A stretch of DNA of 64,000 nucleotides from Octopus sinensis (lineage: Eukaryota), in contig NC_043000.1 in the NCBI RefSeq assembly GCF_006345805.1, positions 9,734,001 through 9,798,000 of the forward strand, read 5' to 3'. Numbering within the stretch: position 1 is the first letter of the stretch; each line of letters starts with the position of its first letter. A program made the translations under genes and the position numbers. Positions 29,714-42,830 of this stretch are shown here, piece after piece. The notes under the pieces are model-generated. The model did not search any database, had not been told where the DNA came from, and saw only the letters and a program-made list of their open reading frames with translations.

Positions 29714-32295
29714 GCAGTATAAATATATATGTTTATATTTCCTTCATTAAACCAGTAGCTCACAAACGCTATGATGTGGACCTTTAAAAATGTAATTTAT
29801 GCTTTGGAAAAAAAACACGTAATTCATAATTGTGTGTATACACAAGCATAAAACAATGGAAAAAATAAACTTTTAAGCAATGCTGGTGGGAAATTAGTAG
29901 AAATATGATGTCAGCAAATGCAAACAAGAAAAGAGATATTGTATTACCATACACAGGTTATTCAATATTTCGGAAAAGATATAATTTTTCAAATAAAAGA
30001 GAAAAATCGAAGAGCTCAGAAAAAAGTAATTGCCAGTGGTGCGTTTTCCCTTATTTTTAACAACTAGAAATACGATTAATAAAAGAAAGGAAATAAATAA
30101 TTATCTATATATATTTTTTCTAAGCAGTTAACGTCGAAGTAGTTTTATTTTTAAATTTCCATGTGAAGTACGCCAGTAATTCTTCATTTGATTTCCTGTG
30201 CGCAACGAAGCGTAAAAAATACAATACAAAACTAAGAACGTTGAGAAGCACTGCTTTCAGTAGACTATATTTTCTGCTGATATACAAAGTGATGTTATTC
30301 GCACTGGCATTGACTGTAAATATTGACAAATATATCATGTTTAAAAATTGCAAGAAATACGAGCATATCTTTTATTTACAACAGAATTAGAAGGAAAAAT
30401 TGAGAGGTGATAATGTAATGATTGATCCTTTCTCCACTGCGTATGTAATCCGTGCTTTAATTTTCGTTGGAGAAATTTATTTTCCGTTTGCATAACTAAT
30501 GCCTGAAATGAAAGTGTGTCATTTACGTTTAGTCCCAGATCAGCAATGATCGAGCTGATCTGTAACCAAATGCATTCCATCCGTGACCATCCTGTCTCCT
30601 TACTGTCTCCGGCTCCTCTTTATTCAGCAAAACCCAAAGTACCTCAACCGGAGCATACCGCTCTCTACCAGGGATCAGGTGCTTGTATTAAACCGGGTAA
30701 CGTATTAACTCTGCCACCCAGGTACAGGTACAGTTCATTTGTAGAGGTATCTATGACTAAATGATCAAATGTATCCTTATTTCAAGTGGTAGGGTGTAAT
30801 ATGAAGGAGATCTGGCTGATATTTCTTGTAGGTCGAGTTACTACATAAAGGTCTAATCGTTGGATCGAGATAAACGAGTTATGACTTAATGTGCTTCAGT
30901 GTCGGAGTGAGTTCATAACATTACTTGGTCCTTGAATATTGAAGGAATATATTCCCTACAATATAGCAGGTGCAATATCTTTTGATACATCAGGGTCCCT
31001 TCTATAGTATTTAGATCTGAAGAAAGGGGCTGAACCCATCACTTTCGTACAGATCCCTCTCCAAGATTGGTGGCATTGTTGTCGCTTACGTTTATCTTAA
31101 ACTGTAGTAAGTTGATGACTAAAGGAAAGACAGCTGCAGTGAGGGATTTCCCTGAGGGATGGTGTTCAGGGAAGAAAAGAATGAACGTAGGGGTTAGTGC
31201 AGGCCCTGAAGAGTCGGACTCAACGTAGGCAATAAAAATAGAAGAGGCGAATGAAATAAGTATGCCGAGTAGAAGAAGCACAAGATCAACTAGCTCCGAC
31301 GGACAGAGGGCATTTCAGTGATAACAGAAAAGGTAGTGAGAGAAGACATCACGCCTGTGGGCTAGAGGCCAGAGGCCAGAGCGTATCTGCAAAAGATTTC
31401 ATACTGATTAGTTGAGTGTCTGTTCTGTGGGAGTTGTCTAGGATATTTTGAAGTTTTCCTGAGTCACCATAACATTATTTTGATATTTTGCAATATTAAA
31501 TTTGTAATGATATCTCAATTTTGATAATAGTGTATGTCGGTATAGGAAAATTGTACGAGGCAACAACAGTACAGTTGGAAATACCTAGAAGTAGTGAATT
31601 TACGGACAAAGACATCAAGATCTTCGAAGCAGAAGCCTTTAAAGAAGGCAGATTTAATATCTGGTATTCAGATCAATTTTAATTTTAATACATAATTTGC
31701 ATATAAGCTTGTTGTTTTTGGTTAGCACCAGACCAAATACGATCCAAAATACCTATGATTAAAGGCTTTTAAGCCAATAGCCTCACATCTTTTTAGGGCT
31801 ATCAAAACTTGCATTACGTAATCTTTTCCCTTTTTAAAGGTAATTGGGAGTGTTTTAGGAGAATTTTTACCATTTTTAACTGACGTTGTGTCCTCGCTGA
31901 GACTTTTGTCAATATATATTTTTAAAAAATCAGCAGTAAATGTAACTGAGATGGTAGTTAATGATTTGAGAGTGCTTACATGCTTTTAAATGGAAGTTAA
32001 TGTCACACATCATAAAGATATTTAGAGTTGATAAATGAATTTAAAGCATCTTGGGATATAGGGAAGTTATGCCTGTAATCATGTTGTTCAGCTAGTTACC
32101 CCGAAAAAATGATACACAATCTTCATAGAAAAAAATATTTGTTGCATTCGTTGTGTGTGAATCATAAGGAAAATTTTTCTGCTCTTCTCTAATTTTTTTT
32201 CCTTGTGTGACGCTTGCATTACTTTTAGCTTTCATTTTAGTTGCCAGGTTGAGATGACTCTTAATTAATTCGGGAAAAAAGGTGTGGTACTCCTT

Positions 32296-32409
<114 letters not shown>

Positions 32410-33164
32410 AATTGCGAAAACGTTGCCAAGTATTTTGTATGAAAAGACACATCAGCATTTATTATTAATCTTAAGTTGCAGGCATGAAAATTTTGTTTTT
32501 ATTTGTCAGTAGGAGAATGGTCAGGAATCAAAAGCTCTATTTTGGTAGGCTTTGTATTGGTAGGCTTTGTAAATGCAGGAACACCTACGATGCCAATACA
32601 GGACGTCTTTCTGGATTGTGTATGTATATACGTACATACACATACATATATACACCCACAAATACAAACATACTTCCACATACACAGCTATGAAAGCACA
32701 TCGTGGATGCACCTTCCCAATTATACAGACATTTTTCTGGGATAGGATATGTTTACGATAGGTAAACAGATAAACTAGTTTTCAGTGTTGGAGTATTTCT
32801 TACCAAGGCTTAAAAAGGAAACTGAGTTGCTATGTTAAGAATGGGGAATGCTAGGAGTGTATTATCAACTAAGAATTGTAATTATTTATTTAATACTTTG
32901 GTGTACATCTGAGGCGCTTTTCAATTGGAATATGTTATAAGCTACGCATTGCAAAGGAGTATCTATATTTTTGTAGTTTTATGACGGTGCTGATGAGCAT
33001 GTAAAGTAGGAAAGGTTCGAAACAAATATAAAGATTACAGGATAGCGGTGTCCGCTGGTAGCTCCATGATGTAGAGATAATCATCTTAGACCTTACCAAG
33101 TTCATAATCATAGGGCACAACCATATATGTGGAAGAGAGCTCTGCCATTATATGACCTTAATGT

Positions 33165-33452
33165 TTGTTCCTTCTCGAGCCACGCCTGGCTCATAAGGGT
33201 CGGTTTCCCGGTTTCCTTAGCGTATAGGTTCCTCACCTGGACGGGACGCCGGTCAGTCGCAGGTGAGCTGCAAGATGCAGAAGGAAAGAGTGGGAGAAAG
33301 TTGTGGCGAAAGAGTCAGCAGAAGTTCTGCCGGGGCAACGTGGAGCTTAGGTGTTTCGCTCATAAACACACACAACACTCGGTATGAGATTCGAACCCGC
33401 AATCCCTCGACTGCGAGTCCGCTGCTCTAACTACTAGGCCATGTGCCTTCAC
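33165..33452 (-). mobile_element. SINE family A
   Basis: Reverse match to the 9505-9800 copy. ATGACCTTA occurs on both sides as a probable TSD. Confidence 0.85.
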
Positions 33453-33859
33453 ATGACCTTACTAATAAGAGATGACATGCTGGAATATCATTGGTCACAG
33501 CATACCACTAACAAATGCAGTTCATGTATTGATGGTATCACGTATCTAAGGTAACTTGGTAGAAACGGTCAAAGGCATTGTAGATGTGAAATTGAACGCT
33601 GTAGATATTGCTCAACTGAGGTGGTCCCAGGTGAAAGACGTCACAGTTCATTATATCTCGGATAAAAATTTTGAAACAGATGTGCGAGGAAGACTTTAAT
33701 GTAGTTTTAGAAGGTAAGGCACAGTAGATGAAAGGCAGGAGAAGGAGAAACGCATATATCAGCAAGTTCTGAAAGGTTAGGGTATAAAAGAGAGGTATTG
33801 TGGCTAACATTAGAGGTGACAAAGAGATGAAACCATACATCTTACAGGTTGAATGTATA

Positions 33860-34075
33860 TTGGGTTCGAATTTTGTCAGAAAGCCAGTAAGTTTGGGTGA
33901 GGGATCAAGTCGATTACATCGACTTCAGTGCTCAATTGGTACTTATTTTATCGACCCCGAAAGGATGAAAGGCAAAGTCGGCCTCGGCGGAATTTGAACT
34001 CAGAACGTAAAAACAGACGAAATGCCGTTAAGCATTTTGCCCGGCGTCCTAAAGTTTCTGCCAGTTTGCCACCAA
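33860..34075 (-). mobile_element. SINE family N (alternative tail)
   Basis: Core and head in reverse. AGGTTGAAT.TATATT is repeated on both sides. Confidence 0.8.
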
Positions 34076-35124
34076 AGGTTGAATATATATTAATCAGTCG
34101 AATGTTTTTCTTTACGTCAATGATACTGGAATTTACATCAGTGCGTGCTCCAATACGTCAGGAAACTACTAGTATAAGAGATGAGAAACAGATGGGACCC
34201 ACAAGTTAAGATTTATCTTGGCGGTTCTCATGACAGATAAGATCAAATACCCGTTAATATCAAGCAACAACCTTACATTCAAAGGGAGAAGAGAGAGGTT
34301 ACTTATGATATCGAAGAGTAAGACATGGATATATCTGGCTCTAGAAAAACCGTAATGGTGATTAGTGGGGAGTGAATGAAACTCTATATAATGAATGAGA
34401 TGATTAGCATTTTCCAGATGCTTGAGGTGAGAATTATATTTTGGCATTTTGCAAGGTCAGAAACGTTGTTCGTTTTGGGAAAAGGACACTCTGCATTTTC
34501 CTTTGATTATGATAAAATGTACGGGGAGATAGACTAAATAGCTTAATAAAGGTATGAACTAACTGCAGACTGTATTGCTTGAGGGACCGGTCCCTTTATT
34601 GGACTGAAATGATAAAAGTTGTTGTCAACCCCAATCCAGCAGACGTATGATAAAGAGGCGGGACCTTAGCAAGGACATCATTTTTGTTTTGCATATTAGA
34701 GACTAGATTGTTTATTTTTATCCTTTTTCATTATGTTAGAATGTAATTAGAGAGAGAGATTTAGCTAGTATTTTTGGCAGGTTGAGCGGCCACATTGAGA
34801 CTTCCTTGTTGGTTGGAAGTTTTCTCAAATAATATCTGTGTTTAATGGTTTAGTGGTGGTTGAGAACTTAGAAGGAGTTTTTATTGGATGTATGCAGTGT
34901 GGAGTCGGAAGTAAGTTAGTTTGCAAATATTATACATTTATCAGCGAAGACACAATTAATCGAACTGACTTATTTGAAAATGGGGAGGTGGCAGACACCT
35001 ACTTAGCATAAGGTCACAAAGCTTGAACTGTAATTTAGAATGAAAGTGAACTTGTAGAACGTATGATACACGAAGGCAGTAATTGATGTTAATTGTCATC
35101 CTACAGGCTTTGTGGTGATAAGTT

Positions 35125-35541
35125 GTGACCCCCTTCGGTCATGAATAACCATGGGATTGCACCTAGAAAGTTACTCTCCGAGGCACAAGTCTAGGCAATG
35201 TTGTTTATGGAAGACCAGTAGTCGACCACGCATATTATGGAAGACCAGTAGTCGACCACGCCACTGATGTTATCCAAGGGAATGGCAAAGGCCGATACAG
35301 CGTGACACAGACTGTGACAAGGCTGGCCCTTTGAAATACAGGTACAACAGAAATAGGAAGATAGAGTGAGAGAAAGTTGTGGTGAAAGAGTACAGCATTG
35401 TTCACCACCGCCCACTCCTGGGATCTCGTGGAGCTTTAGGTGTTTCCGCTTAATAAACACTCACAATGCCCGGTCTGGGAATCGAAACCGCGATCATATG
35501 ACCGCGAGTCCGCTGCCTTAACCACTGGGCCATTACGCCTC
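35125..35541 (-). mobile_element. Chimeric SINE family A copy
   Basis: The head and body match the 9018 copy and the tail matches the 16350 copy. TGGTGATAAGT occurs on both sides as a probable TSD. Confidence 0.8.
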
Positions 35542-35944
35542 AACGTGGTGATAAGTAAACGCTTCTTAATTCGTGTTTGTGGGTCACTTTCTCTAGGTGC
35601 TGCATAGACTCTTCTCTTCTTTTATTCTTGTAGGATACCAGGGAGGATATGACTCGGGAGGTGGTTAGAATTGCGGTTTTAGGTTATATAAGATATAACT
35701 CAGACATTCATGGGAAAATATTTAAGATGATATGGATGATAATAGTTTCCACCACCTTAAAGAAGCTGGATATTAAAAAAAACAAGATTTAGTAGAATTA
35801 ATGCGATTACATTTTATTAGGGATGCATATTTTCACATTTAGTGGTATCAGTTCAAATTTATTGAAAGGAATATTTATGGGGACACGGCTAATAAATTCA
35901 AGATTACACTAAGATATCGAAGACAAAAATATACTGAGTATATT

Positions 35945-36340
35945 GGTTTCAAATCTTGGTACAAGGCCAGCAATTTCGGGGGAAGAATACGTCAATTACA
36001 ACGACCCCGGTCCTCTGGTGGTACGTGTCTTATCGACGCCGAAAGGATGAAAGGCAAAGTCGACCTTGGCGGAATTTGAACTCAGATCATAGAGGCGGAC
36101 GAAATACCTATTTCTTTACTACCCACAAGTGGCTAAACACAGAGGGGACAAACAAGGACAGACAAACAGATTAAGTCGATTATATCGACCCCAGTGCGTA
36201 ACCGATACTTATTTAATCGACCCCGAAACGATGAAAGGCAAAGTCGACCTCGGCGGAATTTGAACTCAGAACGTAATGGTAACCGAAATACCACTAAGCA
36301 TGTTGCCCGGCATGCTAACGACTCTGCCAGTTTGCTGCCT
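35945..36340 (-). mobile_element. SINE family N dimer
   Basis: The minus-strand junction at about 36109 reads AAAGAAATA|GGTATTTCGTC. Confidence 0.85.
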
Positions 36341-37169
36341 TATTCTGAGTAACAATATTGAAGTTTAGTAACTGGAGATGCGTCATAGTTTCATACACAA
36401 TGAACGGTTAAGATTAGATTAAAGCAGAGTCAAGAAGATTTTTGTATACTTAAAATTTTTTTGCAAAGACTGCACTAAAATCCGACATCAATTTCCGCTG
36501 GAGAACTGTTTACATAACTATTTGTCATGAAGAGAAGCAGTGAGAGAATTTATAAATATTGGAGAAAATAGGAATGCATGAATAAAAATCGCTTGTTTTC
36601 AACGATGGAGATGAAACCCCATAGATATCAGAGATCTCCTGTAGACAGTGTATATGCTTATGCAACAAACCAAAAGATATACAATTAAATTTGCAAATAT
36701 ATTTCCAATTGTTACGTTCCATTGATTTCATCTCGATTTTAGCTCCAAAATAGAGTGCTTGAAGATCGGTTCGACATATACAGTTGCGATTCTTTTGAAA
36801 AGTTATTTTAGATCTTGTAATATCTCCCTATTTCTCGCTGTATTTCCAACAACGGTTTTTTATCGGAGATTTTAATGAAGGCTGGCTTTCAGAATTGAAA
36901 TTGCCTAAAGTTTGTACAGTAACAATTTTTTGTCTTAATACATGGTTTTAGTTTTTGGCATGAGGACAACAAATTTAGTATGTGTGGGTATGTGGATTAC
37001 ATCACCCCCAGTGTTCAAATGTACTTTATTTTACCGTTACCGAAGGGATCAAAGGTAAAGTCGACCTCAGGGGAATCTGAACTCAGAACGCAAAGAGCCA
37101 GAAGAAATACCCATACAGTTAACAATTCTCCCTGCTCACCACCTTTTTTATATTTTAACTATTCATCTC

Positions 37170-37418
37170 ATACGCCCTTTTTAAAGCCTAGCCAGACTCA
37201 TGGGCCCGGTTTCCCGGTTTCTGTGGCGTATGTGTTCCCCAGCTGGATGGGACGCCAGTCCATCGCAGCATTACTCATTTTTGCCAGTTGACTGGACTGG
37301 AGCAACGTGAAATGAAGTGTTTTGCTCAAGAACACAACGTGTCACCCCGTCCAGGAATCGAAACCAGAATCTTACGATCATGATGTTGACATACTAACCA
37401 CTAAGCCACGCGCCTCCA
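37170..37418 (-). mobile_element. SINE family A
   Basis: Reverse match to 17102-17360. TTTTAACTATT occurs on both sides. Confidence 0.85.
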
Positions 37419-37814
37419 CGTTTTAACTATTACAAGCATCAAATCACAACAGATCAAAGTTTATCAATATCTTTGTAATATCTTTTCTATATGAAGTCCA
37501 ACCATATTTGATGTGTCTCGTCATTTAATATTCTCATCAGTATTCTTTAAACAAATAATGTATCCTTTATTAAATAAGATCATGGCACTGAATGTTAGAC
37601 GAGTAATTTCGTTTCTAAATTATTCTATCTTTGGCTCAGAGAAACTGTTGACATTTTCTTACGCGCACTTCAGAAAACTTTCAGATCTATGAGCAACCTT
37701 TGTCTTTTCAACTTGCCACGACATTCAATTTACGAGTATGGAGAGTTTTTCTTTAAGCATTTTAGGTGCTTCGCTTGTATATAAATGGAGTACAATAATT
37801 TCTTACGCTTCAGA

Positions 37815-38630
<816 letters not shown>

Positions 38631-39091
38631 TAGAGCCGGAAATCGAACTAACGACCTTACGATCTTGAGCCGAATATCTTAGCCACTAAACCACGCGCCT
38701 TTAGCTCGACCAGAAAATTGCCTATAGCCAACTCCTATTTGCTTGGATTTCATCTCCCTTCCTTCAATGTTAAATTTTAGACATCTGGTCCAGTCTGAGC
38801 TGTAATTGTCTGTATATATGATACGCCTTTTTGACATATTCTTATCGACTATACAATACGTAATGGATACATGTATTATTTTATGTTTTGAATTTTATTT
38901 GCTTCAGTCATTGGACAGCAGCCATACTAGGGCACTACCTTGAAGGGTTTAGTTAAAAAGATTAACCCCAGTGCTTATTTTTAAGTCTGGTACTTATTCT
39001 ATCGATTTTTGCGGAACCGCTAAGTTACAGTGAGGTAATCAAACCAACAGCCGATGTCAAGCGTCGGTGTCGACACAATGGAACAAGCAGT

Positions 39092-39158
<67 letters not shown>

Positions 39159-39162
<4 letters not shown>

Positions 39163-39600
39163 TATGAAAGAATGGAGTTGAACGACTAGTTAACAAATAT
39201 CCTTTATTCTCGACATATGTTTCGAAAGCTGCATACTTTTAGCTGACCGCTCTCAAGGAGCCCATGGGCTCCTTGAGAGCGGTCAGCTAAAAGTTTTTTG
39301 TGCATTTTGATGTCGACATAAGTTCCTTGATTTCCTGATGAGAAATCTACATAATGTACTCCTTATTCTTCGGAATTAGGAATATGCAGCCTTCGAAACA
39401 TATGTCGAGAATAAAGGATATTTGTTAACTAGTCGTTTCAACTCATTCATTCATATACTTATAATTTTAAAATAAACATACCAAATTTCCGCACGAAGAC
39501 ACGTAGTCTATGCCCTAGGGACGTAGCTTCAACCGTGTTCTTTCTGATGTGAATTTGCTACCCAGTATCGGTTATCTCTCGAATTATCCTAATAGATAAT
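39159..39600 (+). mobile_element. Penelope-type fold-back element (about 75-bp inverted arms, internal 60-bp palindrome, hammerhead)
   Basis: Arms at 39159-39235 and 39383-39459. The segment 39484-39578 matches 52860-52950 in reverse. Confidence 0.65.
39331..39410 (+). ncRNA. Type I hammerhead ribozyme motif with extended loop II
   Basis: TTTC-CTGATGA(39335-39341)-GAA...TTC-GAAA(39395-39398)-CATATG-TC^-GAGA. Core boxes intact, palindromic stem III, GUC cleavage triplet, weak stem I. Confidence 0.6.
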
Positions 39601-39650
39601 TCATTTATATATCATAATATCTATACATTAATATATATATTAATTTATAT

Positions 39651-39681
<31 letters not shown>

Positions 39682-40369
39682 TATACGACGGGCTTCTTTC
39701 AGCTTTAGTCAACCAAATCCACTCACAAGGCTTTGGTCTGCCTTGGACTATAGTAGAAGACAATTGCCTTCGGTGCCACGTGGTGGTACTGAACCCGGAA
39801 CTATGTGGTTGGGAAGCAACCTTCTTATTCAGCAGTCACGTCTGCGCCTAGAAGCAAATAAACATTTTGATGAAACACTGGCTGAAGTTTAAGACAGTTT
39901 TCCCTTCTTCAATATTTAATGAATGCATCACAGCCATACGAAAACTATTAAATCCTGGGTTTTATCGGCTGCCAAGTCTTTCATACGCTTGAATGTATTC
40001 CTCTTAAATAAAGACTATTTGATTTGTAATATTCTACAGCAACTGATATATCTTTACGCGTTCAGGTGGTGGAACATTTTTCATAAATATAATGGTCGTT
40101 TGAGCAGAAATTAAGAAATTAAGACACATAATTTTCAGTACTCTATTTAATAGGTGCTATTATTATATATGTCATTACAAAAACATTGAAACATTTCCAT
40201 TACTCCAAAATGTATGTAACTACTTTCTCACAATACAGCATGTAAATGCAGGCGATTTCCTTATGGAAATTCCCATTAACATGAATTCGGCATATAAACT
40301 GTGTAGTAGTTTATAGGAAATACAGGAATTAAGAAGCCAACAATAACATCCATCCACCCATCCATTCGT

Positions 40370-40437
40370 ACATATGTACATACATACATACATACATACA
40401 TACATACATAATAAATAATCTTTAATTATGTATGTCT

Positions 40438-40478
<41 letters not shown>

Positions 40479-40825
40479 TATATATATATACACATATATA
40501 TATAATATATATATGTGAGTGTATATATATATATGCATATATATGTACATATATTTATGAGTGTATATATATATATATATATGTATGCACATATATGTAC
40601 ATATATATATATGTACATATATGTGCATACATATAATATATATATATATATATGTATGTATGCACATATATGTACATATATATATATATGGGTATGGACG
40701 TATTGGGGTATAACTCAAGGTAAAAATAGTGAGCGAGGTAAACCACATTATTAACGAGCAAACAGGTAAGAATAAGTACTGAGACTTTTTACTAATTCAT
40801 TTGAACTAAATCTACGTAACAGTGC

Positions 40826-40873
<48 letters not shown>

Positions 40874-40940
40874 GTATGTATATATATATATATGTAGGTA
40901 TATATATATATATATGTATATATATATGTATAATATAATA
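40370..40940. repeat. (CATA)n and (TA)n-rich microsatellites
   Basis: Directly visible. Confidence 0.9.
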
Positions 40941-41632
40941 TATTAGCTGTAATTCTAATGAGGTTATAAACATAACTATACAAATTGCCAAGTTTTTCTA
41001 CTCTACTTTTGTCGTTATCGTTATAGCAGACTACTGTTATTGTTATGTATGCCATTGAGTCTGATGGCGGTTATGACGTGTACATTTATCGACACTACAG
41101 GTTAAGACGGAATGAAATTCTCCATTGAATGGAACCATCAGTAATAAAATTACCGCTGAAGAATAGATCTTCCATTTTATAATTTTGTTTTCCATATTTA
41201 TTTTCGAAAATTGATTTGGCCCTACATTTATTTATTTATTTATTTTTTAAAACAAAATTACACTTAATCACTAAAAATGTTTCTGTATTTATTGTATAGA
41301 AAATACTCCATGCATACATATGTGCAGAGGTGACTAGCGGTATGCCTATACCTAAACGTATACATTTTATGATTTTTCTGTTTGTAAGTAACTCGTGGAG
41401 ATTCGATTGCATATGTTTCTGCATTTTTAAAAAATATAACTTTCAAGGCACCTAATGATATAGAGAACGTTTCTGTTTCATATCCCACTCACATTCTAGA
41501 TATCATCATTTCTAAGTTTTATCTCCCTTGTATTAACTGTCCACTAGAGGACACCATCTATATTTGGATAGTTCATCTATAATTTCGTTTAGAGATATAT
41601 TGTAATCACTTGAAATTGATTTGCCAATTATT

Positions 41633-41635
<3 letters not shown>

Positions 41636-41700
<65 letters not shown>

Positions 41701-41720
41701 CGTTATTGCTATTATAATTA
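41636..41720. repeat. (ATT)n microsatellite
   Basis: Directly visible. Confidence 0.95.
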
Positions 41721-42379
41721 TGGTACTTGTATTATTATATTAACCCGATGTCTCTCAGAGAGTTTTCGTTGTGTGTGTAAGTGCGTGTATATATATATAG
41801 ATATATATATATATATATAATATATATATATATATAATATATAAAGTCTATGCGTGTGTATGTGTGTGGGTATCTGAGTGTGTGGTTGTGTGTTATTGAA
41901 GCATATTTACAAAACAAGGTGCATGTTCACTAGAAAAATTTTGTTTTGTTATTCTAGTCAAGAGCTCATTACACATTTCTTTTATTGTTTTTCAATAAAA
42001 TGAACAAGAAAAGTTCGTCAGGAATCTTTTAATATTTTGGCTTACTCCTTCAGTATTTCTATAAAGCCACAGAGTATTGAACATGAAAATTATCAGAGCC
42101 CACAAATCTTGGGGGCTGGAATATAGTGGATTAAATTGGCCTCAGCACTTGAATGGTACTTATTTTATCGCTGCCGGAAATATGAAAGGCAAAGTAAAGT
42201 TCGGGACCATTTGAACTTAGAAATGAAAAGGGTCGTAATTAAATACCTCAGATCATTTTATCCAACGATAAACTAATTCATCGTCCATCCATCAACTTTA
42301 GTATTATTATATATATATATAATATAATTACAGAAACAGTGGTCATATTTTAAAGTGTTGCCTTCCATTAACTGTAATC

Positions 42380-42830
42380 TGTCTGTTGGTTATGGCAAAA
42401 GTGATTTCTTTGGTGAACACGATTGAAAGGACTGAGGATAGACACTTTCCTCTTCCCCCAAGACATGAATGAATTTTTCAAGTTACATTTGAATACGAAG
42501 GTGTTGTCCTTCAGTAAATTTGTTGAAAAGTGGTTGAGAATGGCTAGCATGACTAAAGTGAAAGGACCTGTGCTCAGTATGTGCTTATGGGCCAAGACAT
42601 ATTTGAGTCAGAGCACTTATTCTTGACAATCAGCTTAATCCTAGATTTACAACTTTCGCTGATTAGCCCTTAGTGTTGGTCTTTCTCTTGGGGCTTGCCT
42701 CATACATGTGTATAATTCGTAGATTGTTACATGTTTTCATTTTATACGATTTCTGTATCAACCTCCACTCTCTTTATATTAGTCCCGTAATATCCCCTCA
42801 ATTGTAAACCTTGTGGCAATAACAAACAAA
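42380..42830 (+). mobile_element. Diverged Tx1/L1-like LINE 3' end, related to 20424-21052, followed by (ATT)n
   Basis: MAKVI..RLKGLRIDTFLFPQDMNEFFKLHLNTKVLSFSKFVEKWLRMASMTKV aligns by eye with RLKGLETNTFLSGQSLINFFKYHLKRK...[20 protein letters not shown]. The 3' end is CCTTGTGGCAATAA. Confidence 0.65.

Larger units (their letters stand above)
38880..39850 (-). mobile_element. SINE family B split by an insertion in its internal (TA)n
   Basis: The tail half (38880-39095) and head half (39683-39850) are separated by (TA)n, the insert, and more (TA)n. Confidence 0.75.
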
